A stretch of 64,000 nt of DNA from an uncultured Candidatus Saccharibacteria bacterium (lineage in GTDB: Bacteria; Patescibacteriota; Minisyncoccia; UBA6257; 2-01-FULL-56-20): positions 8,256 to 72,255 of the forward strand of contig CAYHXC010000006.1 of NCBI GenBank assembly GCA_964360585.1, in the 5' to 3' direction. This document shows positions 47,470 through 57,332 of the stretch, in pieces; position 1 is the first letter of the stretch, and every line of letters begins with the position of its first letter. The notes below the pieces were generated by a model, which made no database searches, was not told where the DNA came from, and saw only the letters and a list, made by a program, of their open reading frames with translations. The position numbers and the translations under genes were made by a program.

Positions 47470-49209
47470 GTGGTACGATTAAGAGGTAGCGCTCTTCCGA
47501 ACCTCAAAATGATCACTGGAATTACTGATATCGCCCTTCTTTTTGGCCTGGCTGCCGGTTTGAGCATCCTTGCCCACATCTTGCGCCAGCCGATTGTCCT
47601 GGCCTATCTCGCGACCGGCGCGGTAATCGGCGCCTTTCATTTTTTGGACGTGGGGAGCCAGCATAGTCTCGATCTCTTTTCCGACCTGGGAATCATGCTG
47701 TTGCTTTTCCTGGTTGGTTTGGAAATCAACTATGCCTCCATCCGCCATGTTGGCAAGGCACCGATCGTGATCGGGATATGCCAGCTTTTCCTTACCTCTC
47801 TTTCCGGTTTCCTGATTGCCTTGGCCCTTCGCCTGCCCGTCGTCTCGGCCGCCTATGTGGCGATTGCCATGACCTTTTCGAGTACGGTGATTGTGGTCAA
47901 ACTCCTTTCCGAGAAAAAAGACTTAAACAGTCTTTACGGAAAGATCAGTGTCGGATTTCTTCTGGTTCAGGACTGTGTGGCCGTTCTACTCCTAGTCGCG
48001 CTTTCCAGTTTTGAGCGTGGCGCTAGTTCCGATATCGTTTCACAGATTGCGAGCACACTTTTAGTCGGCATCGCTCTTTTTACCGGCATGTTTTACTTGG
48101 GGCGAAAAATTCTCCCGACCGTCTTCGATCTTTTTGCCCGATCGCAAGAACTGCTTTTCCTGGCCACGCTGGCTTGGCTTTTTGGGGTGGCGGCGCTGGT
48201 CAGTCGGCTTGGTTTTTCGGTAGAGATTGGCGGACTCCTGGCCGGACTGTCGCTCGCCAACACTTCTGAACGTCTTCAGATTGCTCACCGCATCCGGCCG
48301 CTTCGGGATTTCTTCATTCTCATCTTTTTTGCCATTTTGGGCTCAATGATCGCGGTCTCGAACTACTCGGGACTCTTTCTGCCGATTTTTATTTTTTCCT
48401 TGCTCATTCTTATCGGGAATCCGCTGATCATTCTTATCATTATGGGACTCATGGGCTTTCGACGCCGGACCAGTTTTATGGCGGGCGTGACCGTGGGGCA
48501 GATCTCCGAGTTCGGTTTGATTTTAGTGGCGCTTGGCATGAAGATTGGTCATGTAGGGGAAACCGAAGTGGCGCTCGTGACCGCCGTGGCGGTGGTCACG
48601 ATCACGCTTTCGAACTATCTCATTCTGCACGCGGAAAAGATCTTTACCCATCTCGACCCTTACTTGCGGTATTTTGAGCGTAAAAAAAATACCGAACATC
48701 CCATCCCTCGCAAACGGTTTAAAAAATCAGTGATCTTGATTGGCGCCCACCGTACGGGGCAAAGTATTGCCTGGCACATTCCCAAGTCCGAGCTGGTGAT
48801 CGTTGATTTCGATCCGGAAGTCATTGAGCGGCTGAAACGACAAGGTTCAGATTATGTTTTTGGCGATATTGCTGACGAGGAGGTGCAAAGCGCCATCGAT
48901 TTTTCTGCCGCCCGCATTATCATCTCGACCAGTCCGTCGCTCGACGACAATCTGATCACCCTCCGCCTCTTCCGCGAGATGAAGAAAAAGGAGAAGTACC
49001 GTTTTTCTCTCGTCGTTCGGGCCAAGAATGAAAAAGAAGTGGAACTGCTCTATGCCGCCGGCGCGGATTATGTTCTTTTGCCGCACTTTACCGCCGGCGA
49101 GTATTTGGGACAGATGGTCTCGCGGAAAAAACGGTTTGATTTTTTGAAGAAGTTTAAAGAAAAAGATTTACGAATGATGAAAAAAGAACATTCTTTGATG
49201 AGGGTGTAG
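47470..49209 (+). CDS. CPA2 monovalent cation:proton antiporter with a C-terminal RCK/TrkA-N domain (Kef-type)
   Basis: About 380-aa Na+/H+ exchanger core (12-13 TM), then VILIGAHRTGQSIAWHI...VIVDFDPE (a Rossmann GxGxxG variant). Confidence 0.85.
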   Translation: MVRLRGSALPNLKMITGITDIALLFGLAAGLSILAHILRQPIVLAYLATGAVIGAFHFLDVGSQHSLDLFSDLGIMLLLFLVGLEINYASIRHVGKAPIVIGICQLFLTSLSGFLIALALRLPVVSAAYVAIAMTFSSTVIVVKLLSEKKDLNSLYGKISVGFLLVQDCVAVLLLVALSSFERGASSDIVSQIASTLLVGIALFTGMFYLGRKILPTVFDLFARSQELLFLATLAWLFGVAALVSRLGFSVEIGGLLAGLSLANTSERLQIAHRIRPLRDFFILIFFAILGSMIAVSNYSGLFLPIFIFSLLILIGNPLIILIIMGLMGFRRRTSFMAGVTVGQISEFGLILVALGMKIGHVGETEVALVTAVAVVTITLSNYLILHAEKIFTHLDPYLRYFERKKNTEHPIPRKRFKKSVILIGAHRTGQSIAWHIPKSELVIVDFDPEVIERLKRQGSDYVFGDIADEEVQSAIDFSAARIIISTSPSLDDNLITLRLFREMKKKEKYRFSLVVRAKNEKEVELLYAAGADYVLLPHFTAGEYLGQMVSRKKRFDFLKKFKEKDLRMMKKEHSLMRV

Positions 49210-49232
49210 GGGTTAGGGTCTAGGGTCTAGGG
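49209..49232 (+). repeat. G-quadruplex-forming, telomere-like motif GGGGTTAGGGTCTAGGGTCTAGGG
   Basis: Four G3+ tracts with 3-4 nt loops immediately after the stop codon. Confidence 0.6.
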
Positions 49233-49243
49233 TACGTTATTCA

Positions 49244-49441
49244 TTGCTTGTCATTACGCCTTGCCCGGCCAGGGAGGAGCGTAGCGACTCGCCTCGCTGT
49301 AATTTTGGCGAAGCGGGCGTGGCAATCTGATCACAATAATGTTTGTATAATGTCATGGCGAGGAGCTTCAATCGAAACGACGCGGCCATCTCATACACTC
49401 TCTCCTTCGCCCCAAGAGCTTCGGGCAGGCCGCAATGACAC
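49244..49441. repeat. composite REP-like element (R5), ~195 bp with nested GTCATT(A/G)CG...GTGGCAATCT units and outer inverted arms
   Basis: ttgcttGTCATTACGccttgcccggcc...ggcgaagcgggcgtGGCAATCTgatcac...tGTCATGGCGAGgagcttcaatcgaaacgacgcgg...ggcaggcCGCAATGACAc. Confidence 0.75.
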
Positions 49442-49447
49442 ACAATT

Positions 49448-50326
49448 ATGAAAACAATTTCTAAAAAGAGTTCTCGACCAGCTTTAGGCGGCCATGTTTC
49501 GGCGGCTGGCGGTTTTGATAAGATTTTCGATCGTGGGGAGGCGATTGGCGCGGAAGTGGTACAGATTTTTGTCTCGTCGCCGCGGGCTTGGGCAGTTTCT
49601 CAGCCATCTTCGGAACTATTGAAACGATATAATGAACGAAAAAAGGTTAGTGTCATTCAGAGCGTCCACGTACACGGAACGTATCTAGCGAATTTAGGCG
49701 CGGAAAGTCGTGAACTCTACCAAAAATCTTGTAAGAGTGTTCTCGATGAATTTAGGGTGTCGAACGCCATCGGGGCGAAGAGTATGATTTTCCATGCTGG
49801 TTCTCGGCTTGGTGGGCCGAAAGTCTGGCTCGATCAGGTGGCCGCGAGTATCAAGGAAGTGCTTCAGAAAGTGCCGGGGAAAACATTTTTGGCCTTAGAA
49901 AATGCCGCTGGTGGGGGAGATAAGATTGGCAATCAGCCCGAAGAGCTGGCCGTTATTATGAAAAAAGTGAAGTCGCCACGCCTCAAAATTTGCATCGATA
50001 CCGCTCACGCTTTGGAGTCGGGTTTGATTCCCGAATATTCACCAGCCGGTATTAAGGCGACTTTGCGGGATTTGGATAAAACAATTGGCCTCGAAAATAT
50101 TGTGGCGCTTCACATTAATGACTCAAAAACCAAGCCATACTCGAAACACGATCGTCACGAAAATATTGGTGAAGGTTATATTGGCCTTTCTGGTTTCCGG
50201 AATTTATCAAAAGAAAAATCTTTGTGGCACGCCGATTGGCTCTTAGAGGTTCCTGGCTTCGAAAACACTGGCCCGGACAAAAAGAACGTAAATATCATCA
50301 AAAAGATTTTTGATAAATCACAGTAA
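49448..50326 (+). CDS. nfo: endonuclease IV (AP endonuclease, TIM barrel)
   Basis: LGGHVSAAGG..., IFHAGS, CIDTAHA, HINDSK...DRHENIGEGYIG: the Nfo metal-binding residues are conserved. Confidence 0.85.
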   Translation: MKTISKKSSRPALGGHVSAAGGFDKIFDRGEAIGAEVVQIFVSSPRAWAVSQPSSELLKRYNERKKVSVIQSVHVHGTYLANLGAESRELYQKSCKSVLDEFRVSNAIGAKSMIFHAGSRLGGPKVWLDQVAASIKEVLQKVPGKTFLALENAAGGGDKIGNQPEELAVIMKKVKSPRLKICIDTAHALESGLIPEYSPAGIKATLRDLDKTIGLENIVALHINDSKTKPYSKHDRHENIGEGYIGLSGFRNLSKEKSLWHADWLLEVPGFENTGPDKKNVNIIKKIFDKSQ

Positions 50327-50387
50327 GGTTTTAAAAGACGACAACTTTCCTTGCCGTGTTTTTGGGAAAAGGAGAGTAATTAGACAG

Positions 50388-50723
50388 TTACTCTCCGTTG
50401 TCGGCCTGATGGTGAGCGTAGGGCGGAAGGTTCTGGGCTCGTTCGAGCCGCTGGACACGTTCGAGAAGATGCTCTTCAAGCCAGCGATCGAGGACACGAG
50501 CGGAAGACTTCAACTCCTTCAGATCTTGGTGAACCTGCGTGAAGTTTTCTTTGGTGGCATTTCGGAAGTTGCGGAGGTCGTCGGTGATTTGCTGCACATC
50601 ATCGGCAACGTCTTTCAGATCCTTCTTCGTGGCGGCGTTCTCTTGGATGTCTTCAACTACTTCGAGGGTTCGAGCGGTTTGCTGGGCGATTTTATCGAGC
50701 AGGATATCTTCTTCTTTGGTCAT
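50388..50723 (-). CDS. hypothetical coiled-coil protein
   Basis: The minus-strand ORF has heptad-like charged repeats. The overlapping + ORF 50310..50732 is judged to be its shadow. Confidence 0.4.
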   Translation of the reverse strand: MTKEEDILLDKIAQQTARTLEVVEDIQENAATKKDLKDVADDVQQITDDLRNFRNATKENFTQVHQDLKELKSSARVLDRWLEEHLLERVQRLERAQNLPPYAHHQADNGE

Positions 50724-50812
50724 TATAGGTAAATGTAGCCTACTCACTCTAACTGTCAAATGTGAGTTAGTGATGAAAAAAAGAGCCAACGCAGTGGTTG
50801 GCTCGATGAAGG

Positions 50813-51697
50813 TTATTTTTCGTCGTCGTCGACGATGGCGCCGCGCTTCTTGAGGTCGGCGCGCTGCGCGTCGGTGAAGTCGACACCACGGAGGTCGGTA
50901 TTGGTGAGTATGATGTGGTGGACAACAATCCAGCCGGGGCCGTCAGGGTCGGGGCGGATGGAGCCTTGGAGGCTCCTATAATCGATTTTCGCTCCTCGGA
51001 GATTGGCTTCGGTGAGGTCGACGCTGAGAAAACTGGTGTTGGTGAGGTCAGCACCTTCGAGGTTGGCGCCGGTGAAGTTACTGTTGCGGAAGTGCACGCT
51101 GTGGAGATCAGCGCCTTTGAGGTTGGCACCCGTGAAGTCGGTGCGGATTGTTTTACCCTCATGGAGACCGGAAAGATCAGCACCTTCGAGGTTGGCGCCG
51201 GTGAAGTTGGCGTGGCTTAAGGTTGCGATATCGAATTTGGCACCTTCGAGGTTGGCGTCGGTGAAGTTGGCACTAAGGCAAAAGGTGTCTTTGAGGTTGG
51301 CCCCCCGGAGGTCGGCGCCGGTGAGATCAAGGTTGTGGAGGTCGGCATCGAAGAGGTCGAGGTTGCGGAGGTCGGCGCCTTTGAGGTCGAGGCCTTCAAG
51401 GTCCTTCCGTAAGATTCTCTTTCCTTCCAGTGTCCACGCATAGATTCTCGATAACGCAGTGTCTGGGTGCTCCTCAATTTGACGAAGGCGCTCCTCTGAC
51501 AGAGCGGCGTCGGTGACGGCCTTGGAGGTCGTTTCAATTGCTGCCGCCGGGTCGATGACTTTGAGTTCGGCATCACGGTCGGTGCCTTTACTTCTTTCAC
51601 GTATCATCTGATCGTCTCTGACTCTCGCGAGTCGCTCTCGTGGGGGCAGTTCGATTTTGCTTTTTTCTCCCTCGGCCTTTGGCGGTTTTTCCTTCAT
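50813..51697 (-). CDS. pentapeptide-repeat protein
   Basis: About 30 consecutive A(D/N)LxG pentapeptides (ADLRNLDLFDADLHNLDLTGADLRGANLKD...). Confidence 0.85.
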   Translation of the reverse strand: MKEKPPKAEGEKSKIELPPRERLARVRDDQMIRERSKGTDRDAELKVIDPAAAIETTSKAVTDAALSEERLRQIEEHPDTALSRIYAWTLEGKRILRKDLEGLDLKGADLRNLDLFDADLHNLDLTGADLRGANLKDTFCLSANFTDANLEGAKFDIATLSHANFTGANLEGADLSGLHEGKTIRTDFTGANLKGADLHSVHFRNSNFTGANLEGADLTNTSFLSVDLTEANLRGAKIDYRSLQGSIRPDPDGPGWIVVHHIILTNTDLRGVDFTDAQRADLKKRGAIVDDDEK

Positions 51698-51795
51698 CTC
51701 TTCAGTTTTAGGGCAAATGGAAAATCCGTCAAGTGCACGCTTTAGTGTCTCGGGCGTTTTTTATTTCTTAAAAATGGGTATAATGGGGGAAATTC

Positions 51796-53100
51796 ATGCG
51801 CAGCCAAATTATCATCCATAGTCGGGCCGAAAAGCTCCATTACGAGATCCGTGAGATCGTCCAGGTGGCCAAGCAGGTCGAGGCCTTAGGGCAGCCGATC
51901 ATATGGGAGAACATTGGCGATCCGGTGCAAAAAGGGGAGCAGATTCCGGCCTGGATAAAACAGATTGTCGAGCGCGCCGTGCGAAAGGATGAATCGTATG
52001 CTTATGCGCCAACCAAGGGACTTGAAGCCACGCGCGAGTTTTTGGCCAAACGAACAAATCAACGGCGGAAGACAAAAATTACCAAAGAAGATATTGTTTT
52101 CTTTAACGGCCTGGGCGACGCGGTCGGGAAGATTTACGGTACACTCGATCCCACGATTCGCGTCATCGGCCCGACTCCGGCTTACTCCACGCACTCATCG
52201 GCCGAAGCGGCCCACACTGGCTCGCCGCATCTCACTTATAAGCTCGATCCGAAAAATAAATGGTTGCCTGATCTCGAAGATTTAGAGATGAAGGTTCGGT
52301 ACAATCCGACGATTGGCGGCATTCTTTTAATCAACCCGAATAATCCGACTGGCACCGTCTATCCGAAGGAGTATCTCCAGAAGATTGTGACTATCGCCAA
52401 GAAGTACGATGTGTTTTTGATCGCCGATGAGATTTACGAAAGCCTGTCGTATGCCCGAAAGCCATTTACCCCGATTAGCGATGTGATCGATGGCGTATGT
52501 TCGATTTCGATGAAAGGAATTTCTAAGGAGGTGCCGTGGCCGGGCAGTCGGTGTGGTTGGTTGGAGTTTTATAATACTGATCGTGACCCGGTTTTCCAGA
52601 AATACGTGAAAGCTATTACCGACAGCAAAATGCTCGAGGTTTCCTCAACTACTTTGCCACAAGTTGTGATTCCGCAGATCCTGGACGACAAACGATACAA
52701 AAATAGTTTGGTACGACGTACTGCGGCTTACAAAAATCGAGCGATCAAGGCAGTGAAAATTCTTGAAAAGGTAAAAGGCGTGACTGTGGTTCAGCCGGAA
52801 GGAGCCTTCTATATTACGATCGTTTTAGACAAGAAGCTTTTGCGCGATGATCAGAAGTTGTCGATTAAAAACCAAAAAATAAAACGCTACATCGAGGAGC
52901 GGACCAGGTTCCCCTTAGCCCTCGATAAACGGTTTGTCTACTATCTTTTAGCCGCTACAGGTATTTGCGTGGTGCCCCTGACCGGATTTGAAACAGCAGA
53001 GACTGGTTTCCGCGCCACCTTACTCGAACCAGATGTAAAGAAACTAGAGACCACCTTTCGCACATTAGCCGTGGCCATCACCGAGTATCTTCAGTCGTAA
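51796..53100 (+). CDS. pyridoxal-phosphate-dependent aminotransferase, class I/II
   Basis: ...NIGDPVQKGE..., YAPTKGL, LINPNNPTG, and SISMKG contains a PLP-lysine context (SxSK). Confidence 0.85.
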   Translation: MRSQIIIHSRAEKLHYEIREIVQVAKQVEALGQPIIWENIGDPVQKGEQIPAWIKQIVERAVRKDESYAYAPTKGLEATREFLAKRTNQRRKTKITKEDIVFFNGLGDAVGKIYGTLDPTIRVIGPTPAYSTHSSAEAAHTGSPHLTYKLDPKNKWLPDLEDLEMKVRYNPTIGGILLINPNNPTGTVYPKEYLQKIVTIAKKYDVFLIADEIYESLSYARKPFTPISDVIDGVCSISMKGISKEVPWPGSRCGWLEFYNTDRDPVFQKYVKAITDSKMLEVSSTTLPQVVIPQILDDKRYKNSLVRRTAAYKNRAIKAVKILEKVKGVTVVQPEGAFYITIVLDKKLLRDDQKLSIKNQKIKRYIEERTRFPLALDKRFVYYLLAATGICVVPLTGFETAETGFRATLLEPDVKKLETTFRTLAVAITEYLQS

Positions 53101-53150
53101 GGTACGATCGGTTGCAATTCCGTTCTTCTCCGTCTAGAATCAGGTTCATT

Positions 53151-53621
53151 ATGAAAAAAATTATCGTATTTGTGATTGTGGCGGCGGCGATTGTGTATGG
53201 CGGATACATTGTAAACCAGAATCTCGACGCTTCGGCCAAGGACACGGCGACTAAGGAAGCCAGTGAGGCCAAGGCCCTCGAGGCAAAGATGATGGAAGGA
53301 TTCACGACGGAGGATCTCGTGATCGGAACAGGCAATGAGGCAACGGCTGGCAGCCAGATTATCGTTAATTATCGCGGTTCACTGAAAGAAACGGGAAAAG
53401 AATTTGAAAACAGTTACACCAAAAAAAGCCCCCTCATCTTAACGCTCGGCACCGGGGAGGTGATTAAGGGTTGGGATATTGGAATCGTCGGCATGAAAGT
53501 TGGCGGCAAGCGGCGTCTCACCATTCCGCCCGCTTTGGGATACGGCGCAGCGGGGCGAGGGGATATCATTCCACCTAACGCAACTTTAGTTTTTGATGTA
53601 GAATTAGTAGAGATTCGGTAA
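53151..53621 (+). CDS. FKBP-type peptidyl-prolyl cis-trans isomerase
   Basis: VNYRGSLKETGKEFENSY...TLGTGEVIKGWDIGIVGMKVGGKRRLTIPPALGYG...IPPNATLVFDVELVEI. Confidence 0.85.
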   Translation: MKKIIVFVIVAAAIVYGGYIVNQNLDASAKDTATKEASEAKALEAKMMEGFTTEDLVIGTGNEATAGSQIIVNYRGSLKETGKEFENSYTKKSPLILTLGTGEVIKGWDIGIVGMKVGGKRRLTIPPALGYGAAGRGDIIPPNATLVFDVELVEIR

Positions 53622-53642
53622 TTTTTCCGGATCGTCTACTGA

Positions 53643-54683
53643 ATGACGAAACTGTCCCGACATACAATTGAGGTCTATGCCTATCTCGTGCTTTTGATTG
53701 GCGCATTTTGTCTTGCCTTTTTTGTGGCCCAACCATACTTGAATGCGCTCCTTGTTGCATCGGTCGCCGCCATTATCTTTGACCCCTTATATCAAAGTAT
53801 AAGAAAAATACTGCGCGGGAAGGCGAGCCTGGTTTCGCTCCTTACTATTCTTGTAATCACGATACTTATTCTGGGGCCGATTTCTTTGATTGGCAGTCAG
53901 GTATTTTTTGAGAGTCGGACCTTATATCTCCAACTCGAAGGACAGGGCGGGGGAAACACTATTTTAATGCAAGTAAAGAGTGCCTTGACCGCTCGTCTGG
54001 GCGACTCATTTGATCCTGAAATTATCGACCAACTCCTCAAGAACATCCTTCAATTTTTCTCGAGCCAAGCCGGAAATATTATCTCGAGCGTACTCCGAAC
54101 GGTGGTCAAGGTGGCGATCGGCATATTTGCCCTCTACTATTTCTTAAAAGACTCGGGCGATATCCGAAGATATGTTTTAAAAATCAGCCCTTTAACCGAA
54201 CTTCATACCGCGAAAATTATGGATAATCTTCGCCTCACAATCCAGGCCACGATTCGCGGTTCGATCATCGTTGCCTTTGTGCAGGGTCTTTTGATCGGTC
54301 TTGGTCTTCTCGCGCTCCAAGTTGCTAATCCATTTTTGTGGGGGTCAATTGGTTTTATTGCCGCATTAGTACCGGCGATTGGAACAACTCTCATCACCGC
54401 TCCGATTATCATTTTTCTCTTTTTCACAGGCGAGATGACAAAGGCCACTGTCTTTTTGATTTGGGGTATCGGGGTCGTCGGTTTGGCGGATAATCTCATT
54501 CGTCCATACCTTCTCGGCCGCCACACCGGCCTCCATCCATTTCCTGTATTTATAAGTGTGATTGGTGGAATCGGATTTTTTGGTGTGACGGGAATTCTCT
54601 GGGGACCGATTATTCTCTCACTTCTTACAACCACACTTGAGTCGTATCCCATGATCATCGCCGATACGGCGGATGGAAAATGA
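53643..54683 (+). CDS. AI-2E family transporter (PerM/UPF0118)
   Basis: 346 aa, 8 TM, with AI-2E family conserved blocks (..DPLYQ.., ..IPAIGTTLI..). Confidence 0.8.
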   Translation: MTKLSRHTIEVYAYLVLLIGAFCLAFFVAQPYLNALLVASVAAIIFDPLYQSIRKILRGKASLVSLLTILVITILILGPISLIGSQVFFESRTLYLQLEGQGGGNTILMQVKSALTARLGDSFDPEIIDQLLKNILQFFSSQAGNIISSVLRTVVKVAIGIFALYYFLKDSGDIRRYVLKISPLTELHTAKIMDNLRLTIQATIRGSIIVAFVQGLLIGLGLLALQVANPFLWGSIGFIAALVPAIGTTLITAPIIIFLFFTGEMTKATVFLIWGIGVVGLADNLIRPYLLGRHTGLHPFPVFISVIGGIGFFGVTGILWGPIILSLLTTTLESYPMIIADTADGK

Positions 54684-55912
54684 ACTTGGCACTTGTAAAA
54701 AATTTCGGCCCAGCTTCTATTATTGATGGCTTGCGGGGCGTTTCCTTCACGTTTTCCGATTCGCTCGACATCCTCTTTGTGGCGATTCTTATCTATGCCG
54801 TTTTGAAACTGGTTTCGGAGACGCGGTCATTTCCCGTTATTTTCGGTATTTCGACCGTTTTTGTCTTCTATGGCCTGGCCACCGTTTTAAATCTAACGCT
54901 CACCCGGAATATCATCCAGTCATTTTTGAGTATCTTCCTTATTCTCATTGTCGTTATTTTCCAAAACGAATTTCGGCGATTCTTAACTTATTTTAATCTC
55001 GCCCCGCGGTTTTCAAAAAAAATGCTGCCGTCTCACGTTATTCTTGAAACACTGGCGGAAACGGTGGGGTATTTCGCCAAGAAGAAAACCGGCGCCCTCC
55101 TTGTTTTTCCGGGGAAAGAGGCGATTGACCAGCATTTGAGCGGCGGCTATGACTTAGACGGCGAAATCTCCGCGCCGCTTATTGTGAGCATCTTCGACGA
55201 ATCAACGCCTGGTCACGACGGCGCCATTGTGATTAAAGGCAACCGACTTTCCAAGTTCGGTGTGCATCTGCCGCTCGCCAAAAACATTGAGTCGTTGCAC
55301 GGCTATGGCACTCGGCACCGGGCAGCTTTGGGACTAAGTGAACGATCCGATGCTCTTATTGTGGTTATTTCGGAGGAGCGGGGAACAATCTCTATCGCCG
55401 AACAGGGTCGTTTGCGGAATCTGAAAGACGAAGACGAATTAGAAAAGATAGTCAAACGATTCTATCGAGTTAAATTTCCGCGCCAAGACATCTCGTATCT
55501 GGCCGCTCTCGGCGCAAAAAATATTGCTTTGGTTTTCTTCACACTCGTACTTTCGATTGGGATTTGGGTTTATCAAAATCAAAACTCGCCCATTGTCCAG
55601 AAAAATTTTGTTATTCCACTTGAATTCCAGAATGTCCCACCATTGTTCATTGTGAATGACGCGGTCCCGGAAGAAGTGGTCCTCACGCTTGAGGCGCGCG
55701 GTGGCAACTTCCAGGATTTGAACGCGGATGAGATTCGCGTTCCGATCGATCTTACGAATGCTCGAACCGGCTGGCGCCAGTTCTTGATTGATAAGGAGAA
55801 GATCAAAGTCCCGTTTAATTTTACGCTGGTTAAAGTGGATCCGGAAAAAGTCAGTTTGCAGATCGCGAAAAAAGAAGTTGAAACTTCAAGTCAACTGAAG
55901 GCGCGCCCGTAA
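54680..55912 (+). CDS. cdaA: diadenylate cyclase CdaA fused to a YbbR-like (CdaR) C-terminal region
   Basis: DAC domain GALLVFPG...SIFDESTPGHDGAIVIKGNRL...LPLAKN...GTRHRAALGLSERSDALIVVISEERGTISIAEQG, then an extra TM and ~120 aa with a YbbR-like beta repeat. Confidence 0.8.
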   Translation: MNLALVKNFGPASIIDGLRGVSFTFSDSLDILFVAILIYAVLKLVSETRSFPVIFGISTVFVFYGLATVLNLTLTRNIIQSFLSIFLILIVVIFQNEFRRFLTYFNLAPRFSKKMLPSHVILETLAETVGYFAKKKTGALLVFPGKEAIDQHLSGGYDLDGEISAPLIVSIFDESTPGHDGAIVIKGNRLSKFGVHLPLAKNIESLHGYGTRHRAALGLSERSDALIVVISEERGTISIAEQGRLRNLKDEDELEKIVKRFYRVKFPRQDISYLAALGAKNIALVFFTLVLSIGIWVYQNQNSPIVQKNFVIPLEFQNVPPLFIVNDAVPEEVVLTLEARGGNFQDLNADEIRVPIDLTNARTGWRQFLIDKEKIKVPFNFTLVKVDPEKVSLQIAKKEVETSSQLKARP

Positions 55913-55988
55913 GAGTGCGACCATTGACTAGATGAGACAAACTTGATATAAAGTCGTTAGTTTTGTTTGTCAGAAAGGAATATAAAGA

Positions 55989-56708
55989 ATGAAACGTATT
56001 GCCATCTGTGGCGGTGCTGGCCACCTTGCATGTTATGTGAGAGCGCGTCTTCACGAGATAGGCGCCGAGGTGTTCCCTTTCGTGCGGACGGAATGTCAGA
56101 AATCCGCGCTGGGAGATCAGGCCCACGTCGTGGACGTTGGTCGGCCGGATATGATTGAGGAGGCGTTCAAAACTCGCGGGCCATTGGACGGTCTTGTTTA
56201 TGCCGTCGGACGTTGTCGCCCCGATGCCTTCAAGGAGGCAAACAGCATGTCTCTTAATGAGCTGTTTGGGACGCATTTCCCTCCGGATATGGATCGTCTG
56301 GTGTACGGCCTTCAGAACGTCTGTAAGGTGGCCGTGAATATCGGCCTTCGACCCGGAGGAGTTATTGTCGTGGTTGGTTCAGCGATCAACTCACCTAATT
56401 ACGACAGACCCTCGTCCCAGGCGAGCGTTGGCCCATATGCTGTGGCGCAAGCGGCTCAAGCCCAGTTGATCAAGGAGTGGCGAGAGAATCCGGTGGCTCG
56501 AATGAGAAAGATCGTTCTCCACTATCTGACACTCGGTCCAGTAGAAGGGCCATTCTGGGGCAATAGTCCTCAGAAACCGACCGAGATGCTCGAGCCGGAG
56601 AAAGTGGCCAAAGGGATAGTGGGACTCTTCAAAATCACGGGTAGACACTTCGATGTCGAACACATCCCTGGCACCAACCCACAGATTGCAGAAACTCCGA
56701 TTCGCTAA
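55989..56708 (+). CDS. NAD(P)-binding Rossmann-fold oxidoreductase-like protein (atypical SDR-like)
   Basis: N-terminal IAICGGAGHLA glycine-rich turn. Weak overall resemblance to SDRs. Confidence 0.4.
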   Translation: MKRIAICGGAGHLACYVRARLHEIGAEVFPFVRTECQKSALGDQAHVVDVGRPDMIEEAFKTRGPLDGLVYAVGRCRPDAFKEANSMSLNELFGTHFPPDMDRLVYGLQNVCKVAVNIGLRPGGVIVVVGSAINSPNYDRPSSQASVGPYAVAQAAQAQLIKEWRENPVARMRKIVLHYLTLGPVEGPFWGNSPQKPTEMLEPEKVAKGIVGLFKITGRHFDVEHIPGTNPQIAETPIR

Positions 56709-56756
56709 GGCGATCTGGAGTTTTTTTATTCGCCACATTTTATAACGAGTAAACGT

Positions 56757-56806
56757 GCTACACTCTTCTAACTCACGATCGTGAGTTAGAAGAGTGTAGC
56801 TTTTAA
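56757..56806 (+). terminator. terminator hairpin GCTACACTCTTCTAACTCACgatcGTGAGTTAGAAGAGTGTAGC followed by TTTTAAG
   Basis: Perfect 20-bp stem. Its core CTCTTCT.A.TCACGATCG is shared with the palindrome at 43888. Confidence 0.75.
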
Positions 56807-56840
56807 GCATTCCTCGGCGGTTTTGGTATACTACAAAACG

Positions 56841-57200
56841 ATGATTCCTTTGAAGAATTCGCGAGAACTGGTTTGGACGGCGCACGCTAAGGCCAAGATG
56901 CGCTTTTATGGCCTGTCCGAATCACGGGTGAAACGGATTATTCATACGCCGAAACGAATCGAAGAGGGGATTGCGCCCAAAACAATTGCCATGATGCAAC
57001 CCGCTGGCAGTGCAAAGAATCCGTACGAACTCTGGACCATGGTGCAGGTCGTAGCGCTGAAGCGGCGCGGAGATTCCGGCCGTAGCGTCGGAAAAGTTCA
57101 TAAAGTAATCAGCGCCTGGCGATATCCGGGTGTGACAAAACCGGGTAGTGAAATTACGCTAGGCATGGTGCATAGTGAGCTAGAAGAACTATCAAAGTGA
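56841..57200 (+). CDS. hypothetical protein
   Basis: ORF track (second ATG). No RBS. Confidence 0.35.
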   Translation: MIPLKNSRELVWTAHAKAKMRFYGLSESRVKRIIHTPKRIEEGIAPKTIAMMQPAGSAKNPYELWTMVQVVALKRRGDSGRSVGKVHKVISAWRYPGVTKPGSEITLGMVHSELEELSK

Positions 57201-57332
57201 CCACTTGTTCATTACATTTTGTGCAAATGCGCAAACCCAACGAGCGTAATTCTACTACCCGGAAACCGGGAGATAGTTTACCGCCGGAAATTTTAAATGA
57301 TCTACGGAAATGGTTTCGAGTATAATAAGTCC

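Noticed and set aside
50310-50732. + strand 140-aa ORF
   Set aside because: Opposite-strand shadow of the coiled-coil ORF. Its composition is less protein-like.
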